A program made the translations under genes and the position numbers. Positions 1 to 12,487 of a DNA stretch of 64,000 nucleotides are shown here, one piece after another (within the stretch, counting starts at the first letter, position 1; each line of letters opens with the position of its first letter). The stretch comes from the human T2T-CHM13v2.0 reference genome, Homo sapiens. The DNA is taken from the NCBI RefSeq assembly GCF_009914755.1, contig NC_060944.1; one strand, 5' to 3'. Below the pieces are notes generated by a model, which was not told where the DNA came from, searched no databases, and saw nothing but the letters and a program-made list of their open reading frames with translations.

Positions 1-185
1 CACATGTGTTTATCTCACAGCATTTAACACAAAGCCTGGACTGTAACAAGAACTGAGAATATATTTGAAGGTTTTAAGAATGGTTTGAGAAGACTTTTTG
101 GTTAAAAAGGTAATTCAGATATACAGAAGTGGTTTTTTTTTTTTTTTTGAGACACCCATTCACAAATGTGCCTTTCTTCCAGAGG

Positions 186-295
186 CATTCATTTATTCAT
201 CCATCCGTTCATTTAACACATATTTACTGCATGTCCCTATGTGCTTTCATGCCCTGGTCTCAGCACATCCTGACTTGAGCCCTGCCCTCACACAG
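186..295 (-). mobile_element. L2 LINE 3' end fragment
   Basis: cattcatttattcatccatccgttcatttaacacatatttactg resembles the reverse complement of the L2 tail. Confidence 0.55.
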
Positions 296-534
296 TTTCT
301 TCACATCAGCTTGGCAAGAAAAAGGGGCAATTCTTGAAGAATCACATGTTTTACTCATTGTTCCATTGAACACTGCTCAGAGAAAGTGTGATTAGAATTA
401 TGGAGAAGGGGTAACTGAACTGAGCAAGTATTAAGTGTCTCCTCTTCTAATCCCTGGACCTCATCCATGGTTTCAATTTGGTTGATGAACATTTATTGCC
501 AATCAAAAATAGTCAACTTCCACAGTGCTCTTGG

Positions 535-657
535 CACTCAGGGTTAGAGTTGAGTGCTAGAGGTAGACTGATGGATTCAAATCCCAGTTTGTCTATTTAC
601 CGTCCTGTGACCTAAGTCGAGTTATTCACGTTCTCCAGTTTTTCATTTCTCTATCTA
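535..657 (+). mobile_element. MIR SINE, 5' part (interrupted at 658)
   Basis: ggattcaaatcccagttt...ctgtgacctaagtcgagttattcac...tttctctatct matches the MIR core. Confidence 0.7.
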
Positions 658-823
658 TGCTCTGTTACCCCCACCCTCCAATCTTTGGGTCTAGCAACAC
701 CCCCCTTGAGGCTTTTTCTAATGCTCAATGAACAACAGAATTTCATGCCCTGACCCAACTCTCCCCTGCTCAAAATTAACTTAAATAATAAACAATCAAA
801 AATCATAGACCATGAGAAAACAA
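658..823. repeat. Inverted duplication, copy A (partner 2005-2162)
   Basis: Aligns end to end with the reverse complement of 2005-2162; about 85-89% identity by eye, two 4-nt indels. Confidence 0.92.
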
Positions 824-829
824 GAAGTG

Positions 830-905
830 GGAAGATGTTAGAGATGTTATGAAAATTAAAGGGGATAACATATGGGAAGTGCCTGACAAGAATAAGTGTG
901 ACAAT
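830..905 (+). mobile_element. MIR SINE, 3' part (continuation of 535-657)
   Basis: gatgttatgaaaattaaaggggataacatatgggaagtgcctgac resembles MIR gttgtgaggattaaatgagataatgcatgtaaagtgc. Confidence 0.55.
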
Positions 906-1113
906 TGGCATGGCTCTTGTCTGTTTGGAACAATATAATATAACCTGGAGGTTAGTCAGCTGCAGGTAGGAGATAATTTTGAATAGAAAAAAATCTTCAA
1001 TGTATAGTAAATTTACTTTTTCATAGTCCTAAGTATAAAGGCACTCAGATGAAGGGTATTGAGAACTCTTTCTCCACCATCAAAACCCACAAGATCTGCT
1101 ATCATTTTAACCA

Positions 1114-1149
1114 GTGTGTTTGTGTGTGTGTGTGCATGTGTGTGTGTGT
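1114..1149. repeat. Imperfect (TG)n microsatellite
   Basis: Direct reading. Confidence 0.9.
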
Positions 1150-1294
1150 AGAGGAGGAGGACAGTACTTTCTTAACCTCCTCATTCTTCAAAGTCTTTAT
1201 CCAATTAATCCAGAAGGTATGTTGCTTCTATATAGCAGGCACATGTTGGAAACCAAGTCTCAAGAATTGGAAGGAATTCCTACATACTCAGTAA

Positions 1295-1366
1295 TTCCTT
1301 CTCTTCCTTCCTTTCTTCCCTCCTTCTTTCCTCCTTTCCTTTGTCTCTCCCTTTCTCCCTTCTCTC
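1295..1366. repeat. CT-rich low-complexity tract
   Basis: Direct reading. Confidence 0.85.
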
Positions 1367-1689
1367 ATTATTTAATTAATGGTTAATGGATAACAACTTG
1401 GCAGCAGGCATCTTTACTGTCCTCCTTGGGCTCTTACGTTCATACATGTGGGTCATGGATTATCTAAAACAGCGTCCACAGGAGTGCTGCCTTTTTCCAT
1501 ATGACCGAATCCCTTGCCATCACCTCTTGCTCAGCACCTCAGCCCTTTCAGATGTGCAACCCTACTTTGAATTTCTATCCTTTGGGAAAGAGGAACCATT
1601 ATGGATTTTAAGCAGAGGAGTTATTTCTGAAGATTAACTGGGGAAGGAAAGAGGACTAAGACAGGAGGCAGGAAGAGAGACCAGTCCAA

Positions 1690-1878
1690 GTTTCTAATCC
1701 TAGTTCTTTCCCTACACAGGTGTGTAGCCTTGGAGAAGTTACTTAACCTTACAACTTTATTTACTTATCTTTAAAATGGGGGGTAAGAAACCCCATCTCA
1801 CAAAATTATTACCTGAGTTCAGTGCGAAAACAAGAAGGTGATTTTGGTGCCTAGTATGAATGGAGTGTTCAATAATGA
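1690..1878 (+). mobile_element. MIR SINE
   Basis: tgtgtagccttggagaagttacttaacc...tatctttaaaatgggg MIR core. Confidence 0.7.
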
Positions 1879-2004
1879 TTTCACAGTTCTTTCCTTTTCT
1901 AACACTTTGTCTTTAAGATGAGAAATGAGAATTGAGCCTCACTGTTGTTCACATAAGATCAAAATGGCTTTATTGCAAGTAAGCTTCTAACTAGATAGAA
2001 CCCA

Positions 2005-2162
2005 TTGTTTTCTCAGGGTCTATGATTCTTGGTTATTATTTGATTTAATTTCGAGCAGGGGAGAGTTGGGTCAGGACATGAAATTCTGTTGTTGAGCATT
2101 GGGAAAAGCCTCAAGGAGGGTGTTGCTAGACCTGAAGGTTGGAGAGTGAGGGCAAGAGAGCA
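2005..2162. repeat. Inverted duplication, copy B (probable donor of 658-823)
   Basis: Reverse complement of 658-823; lies in apparently unique sequence. Confidence 0.92.
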
Positions 2163-3400
2163 GCTGAAGCACAAGGAGAAGCTGGGTGCTCTGAACCCAG
2201 CAATTTCACTGTCAGTAATTCTAGCTGAAGCCCTGTTCTTGGCCTGGTCCCACCTGCCCATCTATAATTAAGGTCGTGTCTACAGTTATACAGATTATAA
2301 GGAAAGAGAAGAAGGATGTCATCAAGTCATAATTTCCAGAATCAAGGCTCCTATTTTCTCCATCTTTTTTTTTCCTCCCTATTTTGGATTTGGCAGCAGG
2401 TTTCCTAAAAAGTAGGCCATCATGTCCTTTTTTACAGTTCATTACGAGTGGGCAAGGAGGGCCCCCTCAGGCTGCCAAGGCCTTGATGCTGGTTTTCTCA
2501 GGCAGCGAGAAGGGAGCGTTTCCTGGATGCTCACCTCTGGCCAGGAGGCAAACATTGGTTATGGAAGAATTTTTCCTTTTATTTCTAAACAAGAGGTTGT
2601 AATAAATAAGGAATCATTTGCAAATGTTTGCATATCCAGCCCAATTTTATTTTTAATTCTACAGTGCATGTGTGCTGATGCATTTTTGATGTAGGAAATT
2701 GTTACAGATGTAAAGTTGGAAAATTTATTTGAGGGTCTTGGGATTTGAAGATTGCATTGGAACTGTCAGTGTCAGCCCTTTTGTGACAGAGTTCATAGAA
2801 GGAGAACATTTGAGAACAAAAGAGTAAATGAAAAGTATTTGATCTAGGCTGTGACTCTGTTGTTAACATTATTTTCATAAAAATAACCATAGACCTGACC
2901 TGGCAGTCTGTGAACACAGAATTGTTTCCTTGATGGAGGGTAGCACAGTTAAGAAAGAGGATGCCTAAATCGTGGGTCAAGGAGGTGAAAAATCAGTACC
3001 CCAGGTGACACAGTGCTGAGTGTGGATGCTATGTTGGCTATGTATTCCTGGTTTTGTTTGTGTTAAGACTCAGGCTTAAAAGTTATAAAGCAAGTTTTGA
3101 GCTATATATAGATGATAAGTAGATATTCCCTGAATTGTGAAGGTTTCCTTTATATAGCCCAATAATTGTATATTTGCGTTCTCTCCCATGTCCCCTTTGA
3201 TTGACTAGTCTTGGCTGCCTGAAGGAGATCTTTTAGGGATGTCTGATTTGGAGATGGACAGGGACAGAAGTGGCTCATGTATTGTGTGCTTGACCTTCTA
3301 ACCCAAGAGAGTCCTCAATTGCAGGCTTACATCCTTCTTGGTTCTTGTGGGGTCCCCACATCAACCAAAGGATGTTCTTTCTACTGCTGCCTCTTAGACA

Positions 3401-3540
3401 TCTTCTTCTCCTCCTTCTCCTCCTCTTTTCTTTCCTCTTCCTCCTCCTTTTCTGTCATTTCCCCCTTTCTTTTCCTCTTTTACCTGCTTTTCCTTTTTCT
3501 CTACCCTCTCTTTCTCTTTCTCCTTTCCTCTCTTTCTTGT
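3401..3540. repeat. Polypyrimidine (CT-rich) low-complexity tract
   Basis: Direct reading. Confidence 0.85.
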
Positions 3541-3554
3541 CCTAGAAAGGAAAC

Positions 3555-3995
3555 TCACTTGTGCCAAACACCTGCTAAGTCCTTTTACATATGTATCATC
3601 TTATTTAATTCTCAACCAATTCTTATATTTAGAATTCCATTTGGTTACATGGATGAATTGTATAGTTGAGTCTAGGATTTTAGTGTACCTGTCACCTGAA
3701 TAGTATACATTGAACCCAATAGGTAACTTTTCATTCCTCACTCACCCCTAGCCTCCCTGCTTCTGAGCCTCCAGTGTCCATTATGCCACTCTGTGTGCCT
3801 TTGCATACCCATAGCTTAGCTTCCACTTAAGTGAGAACATGTGATATTTGGTTGTTCCATTCCTGGGTTACTTCACTTAGGATAATGGCCTCCAGTTCCA
3901 TCCAAGTTGCTACAGAAAAACATTATTTTATAGAATCCCACTTTTAGAGATTAGGGAACAGAAGCACAGAGAGACCCATCAAGGTGACACATCTC
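3555..3995 (-). mobile_element. MIR SINE split by an L1 insertion
   Basis: tgtgccaaacacctgctaagtccttttacat...tttaattctca on the left; cccacttttagagattagggaacagaagcacagagag on the right. Confidence 0.65.
3643..3930 (-). mobile_element. L1PB-type 3' UTR fragment
   Basis: ggttacatggatgaattgtatagt...agtgagaacatg...ttacttcacttaggataatggcctccagttccatccaagttgc. Confidence 0.85.
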
Positions 3996-4374
3996 AGAGC
4001 AGGACGAGGACCCAAGACTCTCTGGAATGGTAGCTCCCGCCATCCACTGTGATGGCCTTGGTCCTGCCGGCTATCGTCTCCTCACCCCCACGGCTGCTCC
4101 TTTCCCCTGTCCCAGAGTTGTCAGTAGCGTCTTTTGGTGCTTGAGTGCCTTGGCTAATCATGAAAGACTGAATTGGCTAGTGAGAACTGTGGGAGTGAAG
4201 GTTTATTTCTTTTTTTAAATTAGAAAAAGAAGTCCCCTCTTGTATCATCTTTGCTTCTCTATAAACAGTCTTTGAAAGGTACAGTTTTGACCAAATAGCC
4301 CTCTGGTGGGAACTTCCAAGAAGAATATTCTGGAGCAGCATCTGAGTATCTGACAATTTCTCAGTTAGTGCAGC

Positions 4375-4700
4375 TGGATCATGACGTTAACCGGAACCAC
4401 CAGAGCTCGGATTCCCAAAACCTAATCCTTGGGGAAGGTTGGGGGAGGTGTCTGGGACAGAGCCGACATTTGAGCTGATCTTTTGCAGGCACTGCTGATG
4501 GGGCAGAGACCTGCCCTTACTTAAGCTTGCTCAGTGTCAGGGTAAATGTGGGGCCAGGGTGTGAGGGCTCTGCCTGCCAGGAAGAGGAAGGGCAGATTGG
4601 CTGAGGCTCTGTAGAGGCTTCGTGGCAACAGCAGTTCCATCTCCCGGTTCTGCATTGGCCCATGGCAGCTTGATTTCCAGCTGCCCCAGGTGGAGCTAAG
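4375..4700. promoter_or_regulatory. Candidate enhancer/promoter-like unique segment
   Basis: Locally raised GC/CpG; TGACGT, TAATCC, two ATTGG, GTGGCAAC (RFX half-site); motif evidence only. Confidence 0.25.
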
Positions 4701-5110
4701 TTACTGCATGAGTTGAGTTTCCTTCAAGGGTAGAAAGGACACATCATGTCCTCCTTCTTCCCAGCATTCTGATTTTTAAGGGGCACTAACCCAGCATCTG
4801 AGCCATGTGCCATGTGCAAATACACACACACAAGTACATTTCCATGTCTACTTACTCAGTTGGCAGGACACCAAAGTTCCTTGCCAGAGGTTAGATAAAG
4901 GGGCTGCAGGACAAGAGGGCAGGAAGGATTTAAATAATTGATCAAGATGTGCATGTCAGAGCCTTGTCATTTATTTGCTTGTTTGTATGTTTGATTCTGT
5001 TGTTTTGATTTTTAACCACAAATCAATGGTTTCTTTGCCAACGCTCTTGCTCTAAGAAGGTAGACTAATAGAGAAGAAACTTTTAGAAACGAGTTTCCTG
5101 AGTCTATTTT

Positions 5111-5287
5111 AAGTGATTCTTAATCTTAGGTGCATATAGAAATTACCTGGGGAACTTTAAAGAATATTGATACTGGAGTCACATGCCTAGAGTTTCTGAT
5201 TTAATTGTCTAGGTTGCAAAATGTACATAATAATATCTAAAAGCTCTATAGGTGATTATAAGTGTCAACTACGTTTGAGAATCACTG
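5111..5287. mobile_element. MER5B-like hAT-Charlie DNA transposon
   Basis: agtgattcttaatctt...ttacctgggg...tctgatttaattgtctagg...tttgagaatcactg termini. Confidence 0.75.
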
Positions 5288-5532
5288 GCCTATCTGACAC
5301 CTTATATTTGTATGCAGGCAGAAGGCTTTATTACCACGGCAAGATATTCCCATCTGTAATCATAACAAAACCTAAATAGCTAATCTTTGGGTACTCATGG
5401 GCTGGCCAGTGTGTGAGGTGTTTTGCCTCCATCAGCTCATTGAATCCTTATACAATGTATACCTGAATTACCTGGAGGACTGTTAAAACACAGGTGTCTG
5501 GTGTCCACCCCCAGCTTCTGATTCACTGGGTG

Positions 5533-6370
<838 letters not shown>

Positions 6371-6843
6371 AAATCTGGGGTGAGGCCTTAGAATCTGCAT
6401 TTCTAACAAGTGCCTAAATAATGCTGATGATACTGGTCTGATGCTTTGAAAACCACTGCTTTACCCTAATACTGAGAGGCTATCATTAGTATACCTTTAC
6501 CCATTACACAGATGGAGAAACAGCTTTAGAAGTTTTAAGTACCTTTCTGAAGGTCACATACAAGGTGGGTGGTGCTGGGATTCAAACACAGGCAATCTGT
6601 TCCCCAGAGTTCATGCCCATAACTCCCTTGCTATGCTGCCTCTTCGTCTCATCATGAAGTGTGTCTATTCCTTCTGTGTTAGATTATGTTGATTGAATTG
6701 TATCTAATGGTGATGGCTGCTAATGAGGGATTTTGGTCTGGAACTTTATTGAGGATTATAATTGAAGTGGCTTTCCTCCATGACACAAATGCTCCCCCAA
6801 ATTAGGATTACTACTGGGATAGTAATAATTTGTCTTTGGATAT

Positions 6844-7018
6844 AGTGTTTTTCAAACCTTGGCATGCAGTAGAATTACTTGGAAGGCCTGTTAAAATACA
6901 GATTGATGGGACCCATCTTCAGTGTTTCTGATGTAGCAAGTTTGGGGTAGAACCTGAGAATTTGCATTTCTGACAATCTCCCAGTCAAGGCTGAGGGACC
7001 ACACTTAGAGAACCACTG
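6844..7018. mobile_element. MER5A hAT-Charlie
   Basis: agtgtttttcaaac...gagaatttgcatttctgacaa...gggaccacacttagagaaccactg. Confidence 0.85.
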
Positions 7019-7971
7019 CTTTTGTCAAAGGGTTATGATGCTCATCCTATGTTGAGAAGTGCTATTTTGGCTGAATACTCTGAGCTGTTTAGTGCAGAGA
7101 GAAGCACAGGAAAATGAAGGGCCCTAATGCTCCTCCTGGTGCATATTTTTACCCCATGTGCCTTCCTGCTAGGGCTAGAACATATGGTTGGAGGAACCAT
7201 GCAGCTGGGCTCTTTCTGCACGTCCCATGCATTCCAGGATGAGCTCAGATTCCATTCTAATTATCGAAGGCAGAGTGTGGTTGCAGGCACCCAACAGTGC
7301 TGCTTTGTGGGAGGTGTTGCTGTTTGTGTTAGATCTTGAGAAACTGAAATGGGAATGTTGACAAGCGACTGCTTGGGCAATTCTATCTATATTATCAGTT
7401 GTACAAACAGAGTAAGGATGGGGCGCAGCCTTGACAGGTGGAGGTATGAATGAATACAGGTTAAGCCAAGGCTGGCCTTTTTTTTTTTTTCAAGCCAAAC
7501 TATGGAAGAACTGTTTTACATTTTGGATGCCCAGCAACATTTCCCTTGCCAATGGAACCTGTGTTTTCTTTCTTTTTTTCTCCATCTCTGATCAACTCCT
7601 TCATTCAACCTGCAGCTGTATGGCCAATTCTTGCCTGGCCAGAATGGGCCTTGGTGTTGGCATATGGTGGTTGAGCCTTGGCCATATTGGAGAGTAGAGC
7701 TGGTTCGAAGCCTGGAGCAAGGACACCTTGCCTTCCTTTGCACCAGTACTGAATGTATGTAAGAACCACAGCTGGCAGATTAACTTGGGGTTGCCGACAG
7801 AAAGTTTGCCCTTTTCTACTGTCCAACACTTCCGGGAGACTCACAGTGGATATTAAGCTCAATTGTAGAACTATCTTTAACAAATATATACCCAACTCTA
7901 CCTCTGTTTAGTAGCACTAAACAGATAGCACTAAACAGACCCATGGTCATGTGGTATGAGAGAAGAGGTGC

Positions 7972-8383
7972 TGTGGTAGAATCTATTTGCTTACAATTTT
8001 TCATTCCCTTTTTGCCCTTGTCATCCTTCCCTGTAGACAAAATACTCTCTTCATTCTACGGAGTTTGGGGCTATTTTGTGACTTGCTTTGCCTAGTGGCC
8101 TATTTGCCATACAAGCTTTTACAGATATTACAAGTTTCTATCATTCTCTTATTCTGATTCTCCATGATAAGATGAGCATGTTCCAACCCGATAGACATTG
8201 CTCCTCAGCCTGGTCATATAGTGATCAGACCTGCAATTCACCCACAACTTGAAGTAGTGTCTTAGAGCCACAGTTGACCTGTAGCTGATGTGTAATGTGC
8301 GTGACAAATAAATATGTGTTTTGTAAGCTAAGATTTGGGAGTTGTTTATCACACAGAAGAAGCTGCAAAAAGCTGACTAACAC
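7972..8383 (+). mobile_element. MLT1 (MLT1I/J-like) solo LTR
   Basis: tgtggtaga start; ttgtaagctaagatttgggagttgtttatcacacag...gctgactaacaca end. Confidence 0.7.
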
Positions 8384-8514
8384 AGAGCTAGAGCCAAATC
8401 CTCATGTAGATTGCCTGATTTCTCAAGGAGGAGGTGTTTGACATACAGAGCTGAGCTTTGTTTCACAAATTCAGAAACTCTTACTAGAGTGGCCACTTGG
8501 AAATGTTGCCTAAA

Positions 8515-8960
8515 TATTAAAAGCAAAATTTGTATATCTTCAAGACAAAATACAGAACATCTGTATGAGCCAGCAGTAGAAAATATTTTTGTGAATAAAA
8601 CATAAAAGATTGATAAGTTGAGTAAAATGAAATAAGATTTTTGTACAACAAAGGACTCATAAGCAAAAAGAAAAGAAACCTCAGAGGTGAAGATATATAT
8701 GCACACAATGGTTGTGTAGTAAAATCAGAATATGTAATGAATTCCTACAAATCAGTAAGAAGACAAGGAAAGCAATAGGAAAAATGGCAAGGCTATTGTC
8801 AAAAATTCATAGAAGAGGTAACAAGAATGGCCAAAACCAGGTAGACTATCCTAGTAATTAGAGAAACATGAATTAAACAATGAGCCATTCTTTAACAAAC
8901 ATCAGACTTGCAAAATTTAGAAACTCTGCCAATAGGAAGACTATGTTGGTGAAAATATAC
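8515..8960 (+). mobile_element. Old L1 (L1ME-like) ORF2 3' fragment
   Basis: cagaatatgtaatgaattcctacaaatcagtaagaagac...catcagacttgcaaaattt. Confidence 0.65.
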
Positions 8961-8984
8961 TCTGTGTCTGTGCTAAGAATGGCT

Positions 8985-9270
8985 GAGACACAAATCTTGT
9001 TCTTGGGGGACTTAGCATCTAATGGAGAAAGCAGACATGTGAAGAGGTAATTGTAAAACCTTACGATTAGGCATTGTAGTGATGAGGCATGCTCAGGGTA
9101 GAGTAGGATCTGAGGAGGGATCCTGACTCACTAAGCCCATGGGAGACAAGGAAGACCTCACAGAGAAAGTGACATGAAAGGGAAAAAGAGAATTCCAGAC
9201 AGAGGGAGATGGAGGGATTGAAAGAGAATGGGTCTGATTAGGGAAAATGGCATAGAATTGAAAAATGTGC
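8985..9270 (-). mobile_element. L2 fragment
   Basis: ggacttagcatctaatggagaaagcagaca...aggaagacctcacagagaaagtgacat. Confidence 0.55.
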
Positions 9271-9464
9271 AATAGAAGAATTGACACAGAATAATTGATT
9301 CCATATTGTGAAGAAATGAGTCAGTGATATAGAGGAAAGGCTGGCAAAACTCTTTCATAATATGGGGGCAAAAGACAAAGAGATAAACATTTGCAGAGAG
9401 AAGATCGTGACTGTGGAGGAAATACAGTATTCATATAACTGATATTGCTGAAATAATGGAAATG

Positions 9465-9580
9465 ATAATCAAATGGCTTGATTTAGCCATTCTAAAACAC
9501 ATACATATATTAAAACATCATGTTGTATACCATAAATAGATGTAATTTTTACCTGTCAACTAAAAATAAATTTTAAAAGG
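9465..9580 (+). mobile_element. L1MA 3' end
   Basis: gcttgatttagccattc...aaaacatcatgttgtataccataaata...tgtcaactaaaaataaa. Confidence 0.8.
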
Positions 9581-12137
9581 ATATAATGGAAGAAAATTTG
9601 AGGAGGCGAAGAAATATTGAAGAAGTTCCATTTGGCAAATACTAGAAATAAAAAAAAAAGGGAAAACAACTAAAATCTAGACATATGCTGCTCTTTCAAA
9701 AAAATTTCAAGGACCTTTTTTTCCTAATTAGTAATGTTGTTTTTATCTTTTTAATTATAAAATTAATGTATATTTATTTTCAAAAATTAGAGAAATACAC
9801 AATAAAAAATTACATGACATGATAATATTACTACCAAGAGGTGCCATTACTATTATTTATGTTCTTTAGTGATTCTCTTTGCTATTTATACAAAACAGCG
9901 ATTGTATTGTGTGCATGTATATACTTTTATGCGTACATATATGTATACATGTAGGTATATACATGTACATGTGTATACACACAAGCATGTGTGCATATGT
10001 ATATATATATTTGTACAAATAATTTATTTCTTTTTTAACTGAATTTTTAGATGTATATAGAAAGAAGGATCAATGGAACAGCATAGAAAACATAGGTAGT
10101 TGAAGTCTCAACATTTTTAGTTATTTTTGCAAGTTTTGTTATTTTCATTATGATGATTTTCAAAATATTCTGAATTTGCAGTTTTGATTTTTTTTACTCA
10201 ACCTAATTATTACTTTGGAGAGGTTTTGTATATTATATATTCTCCTGAAAGATTTTACATTTTGCCTTTCATATTTAGGTCACATTTCCAAGTGGCTGTT
10301 TTCTTGGTTCATATTCTAGAAACAAATCCCTGGTTTTTCTCTGCTGTGGTCAGAGAATAGGCCTGAAGAGACTTTTCCTCTTTGGAACATTTTGAGGTTT
10401 TCATCAGGGCCTAATTATGTAATCATATTTTTGTAAATATTCTAGGGCTCTGGAAAAGAAGACTGTTTTTTTTTTGGTTTGTTTTTAAAGTAAAGCATCT
10501 TCACTAACACTTGGTTTTGGCAGACTTTTCTAATTTGTGTAAATCTGATAGTTGTAAAACAATATTTCGTTGTGGTTTATTTCACATTTCTCTAATGGCT
10601 TGAGGAATTGATCATCTTTTCATATTTTTTAGCCATTCTTGCTTTCTTGTCCTTGATTTTCTGATTATAGCCTTTGCCTTTTTCTTATTGGTTTATCTTT
10701 TATTGATTATTTTATAAGGATTTATTATATTTTCTAATATATGAGTTAGAAGTAACTTCTACATGTCTGTAGCTTCTCTTTTCTTTTGCTTATGTTGTCC
10801 TTTGTCATGCAAAAGACTTTTAATTTAATTTGTGTCAATTTTTGTTTTCGTGTTTTGTGCTTTTAATATTTTGCTTAAGAAAATCTTCCCCTATGTTAGA
10901 TTATGAGGATATTTTCCTCTATGTTTCTCTTGAAGGATTTATAATTTTGCTTCTCACAATCAAGTTTTAAACTCATATGGAATTTCTCCATATATATAGT
11001 GAGAGGTAGGCAGTCTATTTATTTATTTTTTCACTTTATATGGCCAGTTGCTACAACATTATTAAATAAATTCTTTCTTCTCTAAGTTTTTATTGCCACC
11101 ATATATTTGTAGACCTGTCTTGGAGCTTTTTACTTAGTGCTGCAGGTAAATTTATCTTTGCCTATACTGATGCCACACTGTTTTAGTTACTGTGGCTTCC
11201 TAATAATTTCAGACAAATAGTAGGGCAGATCACCCATCCTTATTCTTCAAAATTGTTTTGACTAATTTTGGCCCTTTACTCTTCCACATGAATTTTAACA
11301 TCAGCTTATCAATTGCCATGGAATACCCTGTTATGATATTCAATGGAAACATGTATTTATATATGAATTTAGAAGCTCTTGCTTTATTTATGATACTGAG
11401 TTTTTTAAACCAGTGGCATGGTGTATCTATCTCTGTATTTAGAATTATGTTCTTACATATAGTTTTATAACTATCTTGATAAATTCCTGCCTGTTTGCAT
11501 TTCCTTTTTGCATTTATTCTTAGATATTTTACACTTTGTGCTGTTCTTAACAATGAGATTTATAAATTTTATTATAGTTTACAGTTTTTATAGGAATAAT
11601 ATTGAATTTAATATACTGCTCTTATATTCAAAAATAATGGTAAATATTTTTTAGTAGTTCTAGCAACTTTCTATATTGTCTTTTATTTTCAGTATTGTCT
11701 ATGGGACTAACAGTGATGATTTTTTCTTTCTAATCCTTCATACCTCTTCTTGCTTGCCCGCATTGACTAGGACCTATATGATGCAGAATAGGTGCAATGA
11801 TAACAGCATTCCCTATTCTTTGTCCTGACTTTAAAGAGAATGCTGCTAAACTCTTACCATTTCACATAATGTGTGCTGGACCTTTTAGCTAAATATGCTG
11901 TATATATTGTATCAGGAAGTTCTCACTACTTTCCCCAGTTTGCTAAGACCATTTTTTTTCAAAATCAAGAAAGGTTATTAAATTTTATCAAATGCTTTTA
12001 TTGGCATCTTTTGAGATGCTCATATGCTCGTATAATTTCTCTCCTTTAATATGTTAATAAGGTGAATTTCATTAATAGATTTTTTTTTAACATTTAATTA
12101 TGCTGGGATCCCTGGCATATTTCCGACTTGATCATTA

Positions 12138-12175
<38 letters not shown>

Positions 12176-12412
12176 CACATATATATTTTACAAAATTATA
12201 TATAATACATATATATTAAAAATACATATATATACATGAATCCGTATACTATATCTCCAGAATTTATTCATTCTGTAAAATTGAAACTTTGTACCTTTGA
12301 CCAATATCTCCCCATTTCCCTCACCCCCTAAATTTTATACATATATTATATATAACATATATAATACATATATACACACATACACATATATAAACACATG
12401 TACATATACATA
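12138..12412. repeat. (TG)n plus (TA)/(CA)-rich microsatellite enclosing an inserted fragment
   Basis: Direct reading. Confidence 0.85.
12243..12328 (-). mobile_element. 86-bp L1MA/MB fragment, inverted copy of 12636-12722
   Basis: Reverse complement aligns at about 85% by eye. Confidence 0.8.
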
Positions 12413-12487
12413 CATTGTTGCATTCAGTTTGCTAATATTTTAATTAAGAGGCTATTGTAAAATTTGCTGTCTATATTTTTAAAACCT

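Noticed and set aside
651-2271. Similar peptides in ORFs 651-911 (-) and 2089-2271 (+) suggesting paralogous genes
   Set aside because: A by-product of the DNA inverted duplication; 4-nt indels break the frame.
3277-3669. 130-aa hydrophobic ORF
   Set aside because: Produced by a CT-rich low-complexity tract.
11230-11553. ORF with L1 ORF2-like peptide
   Set aside because: Remnant of a dead L1, not an intact CDS.
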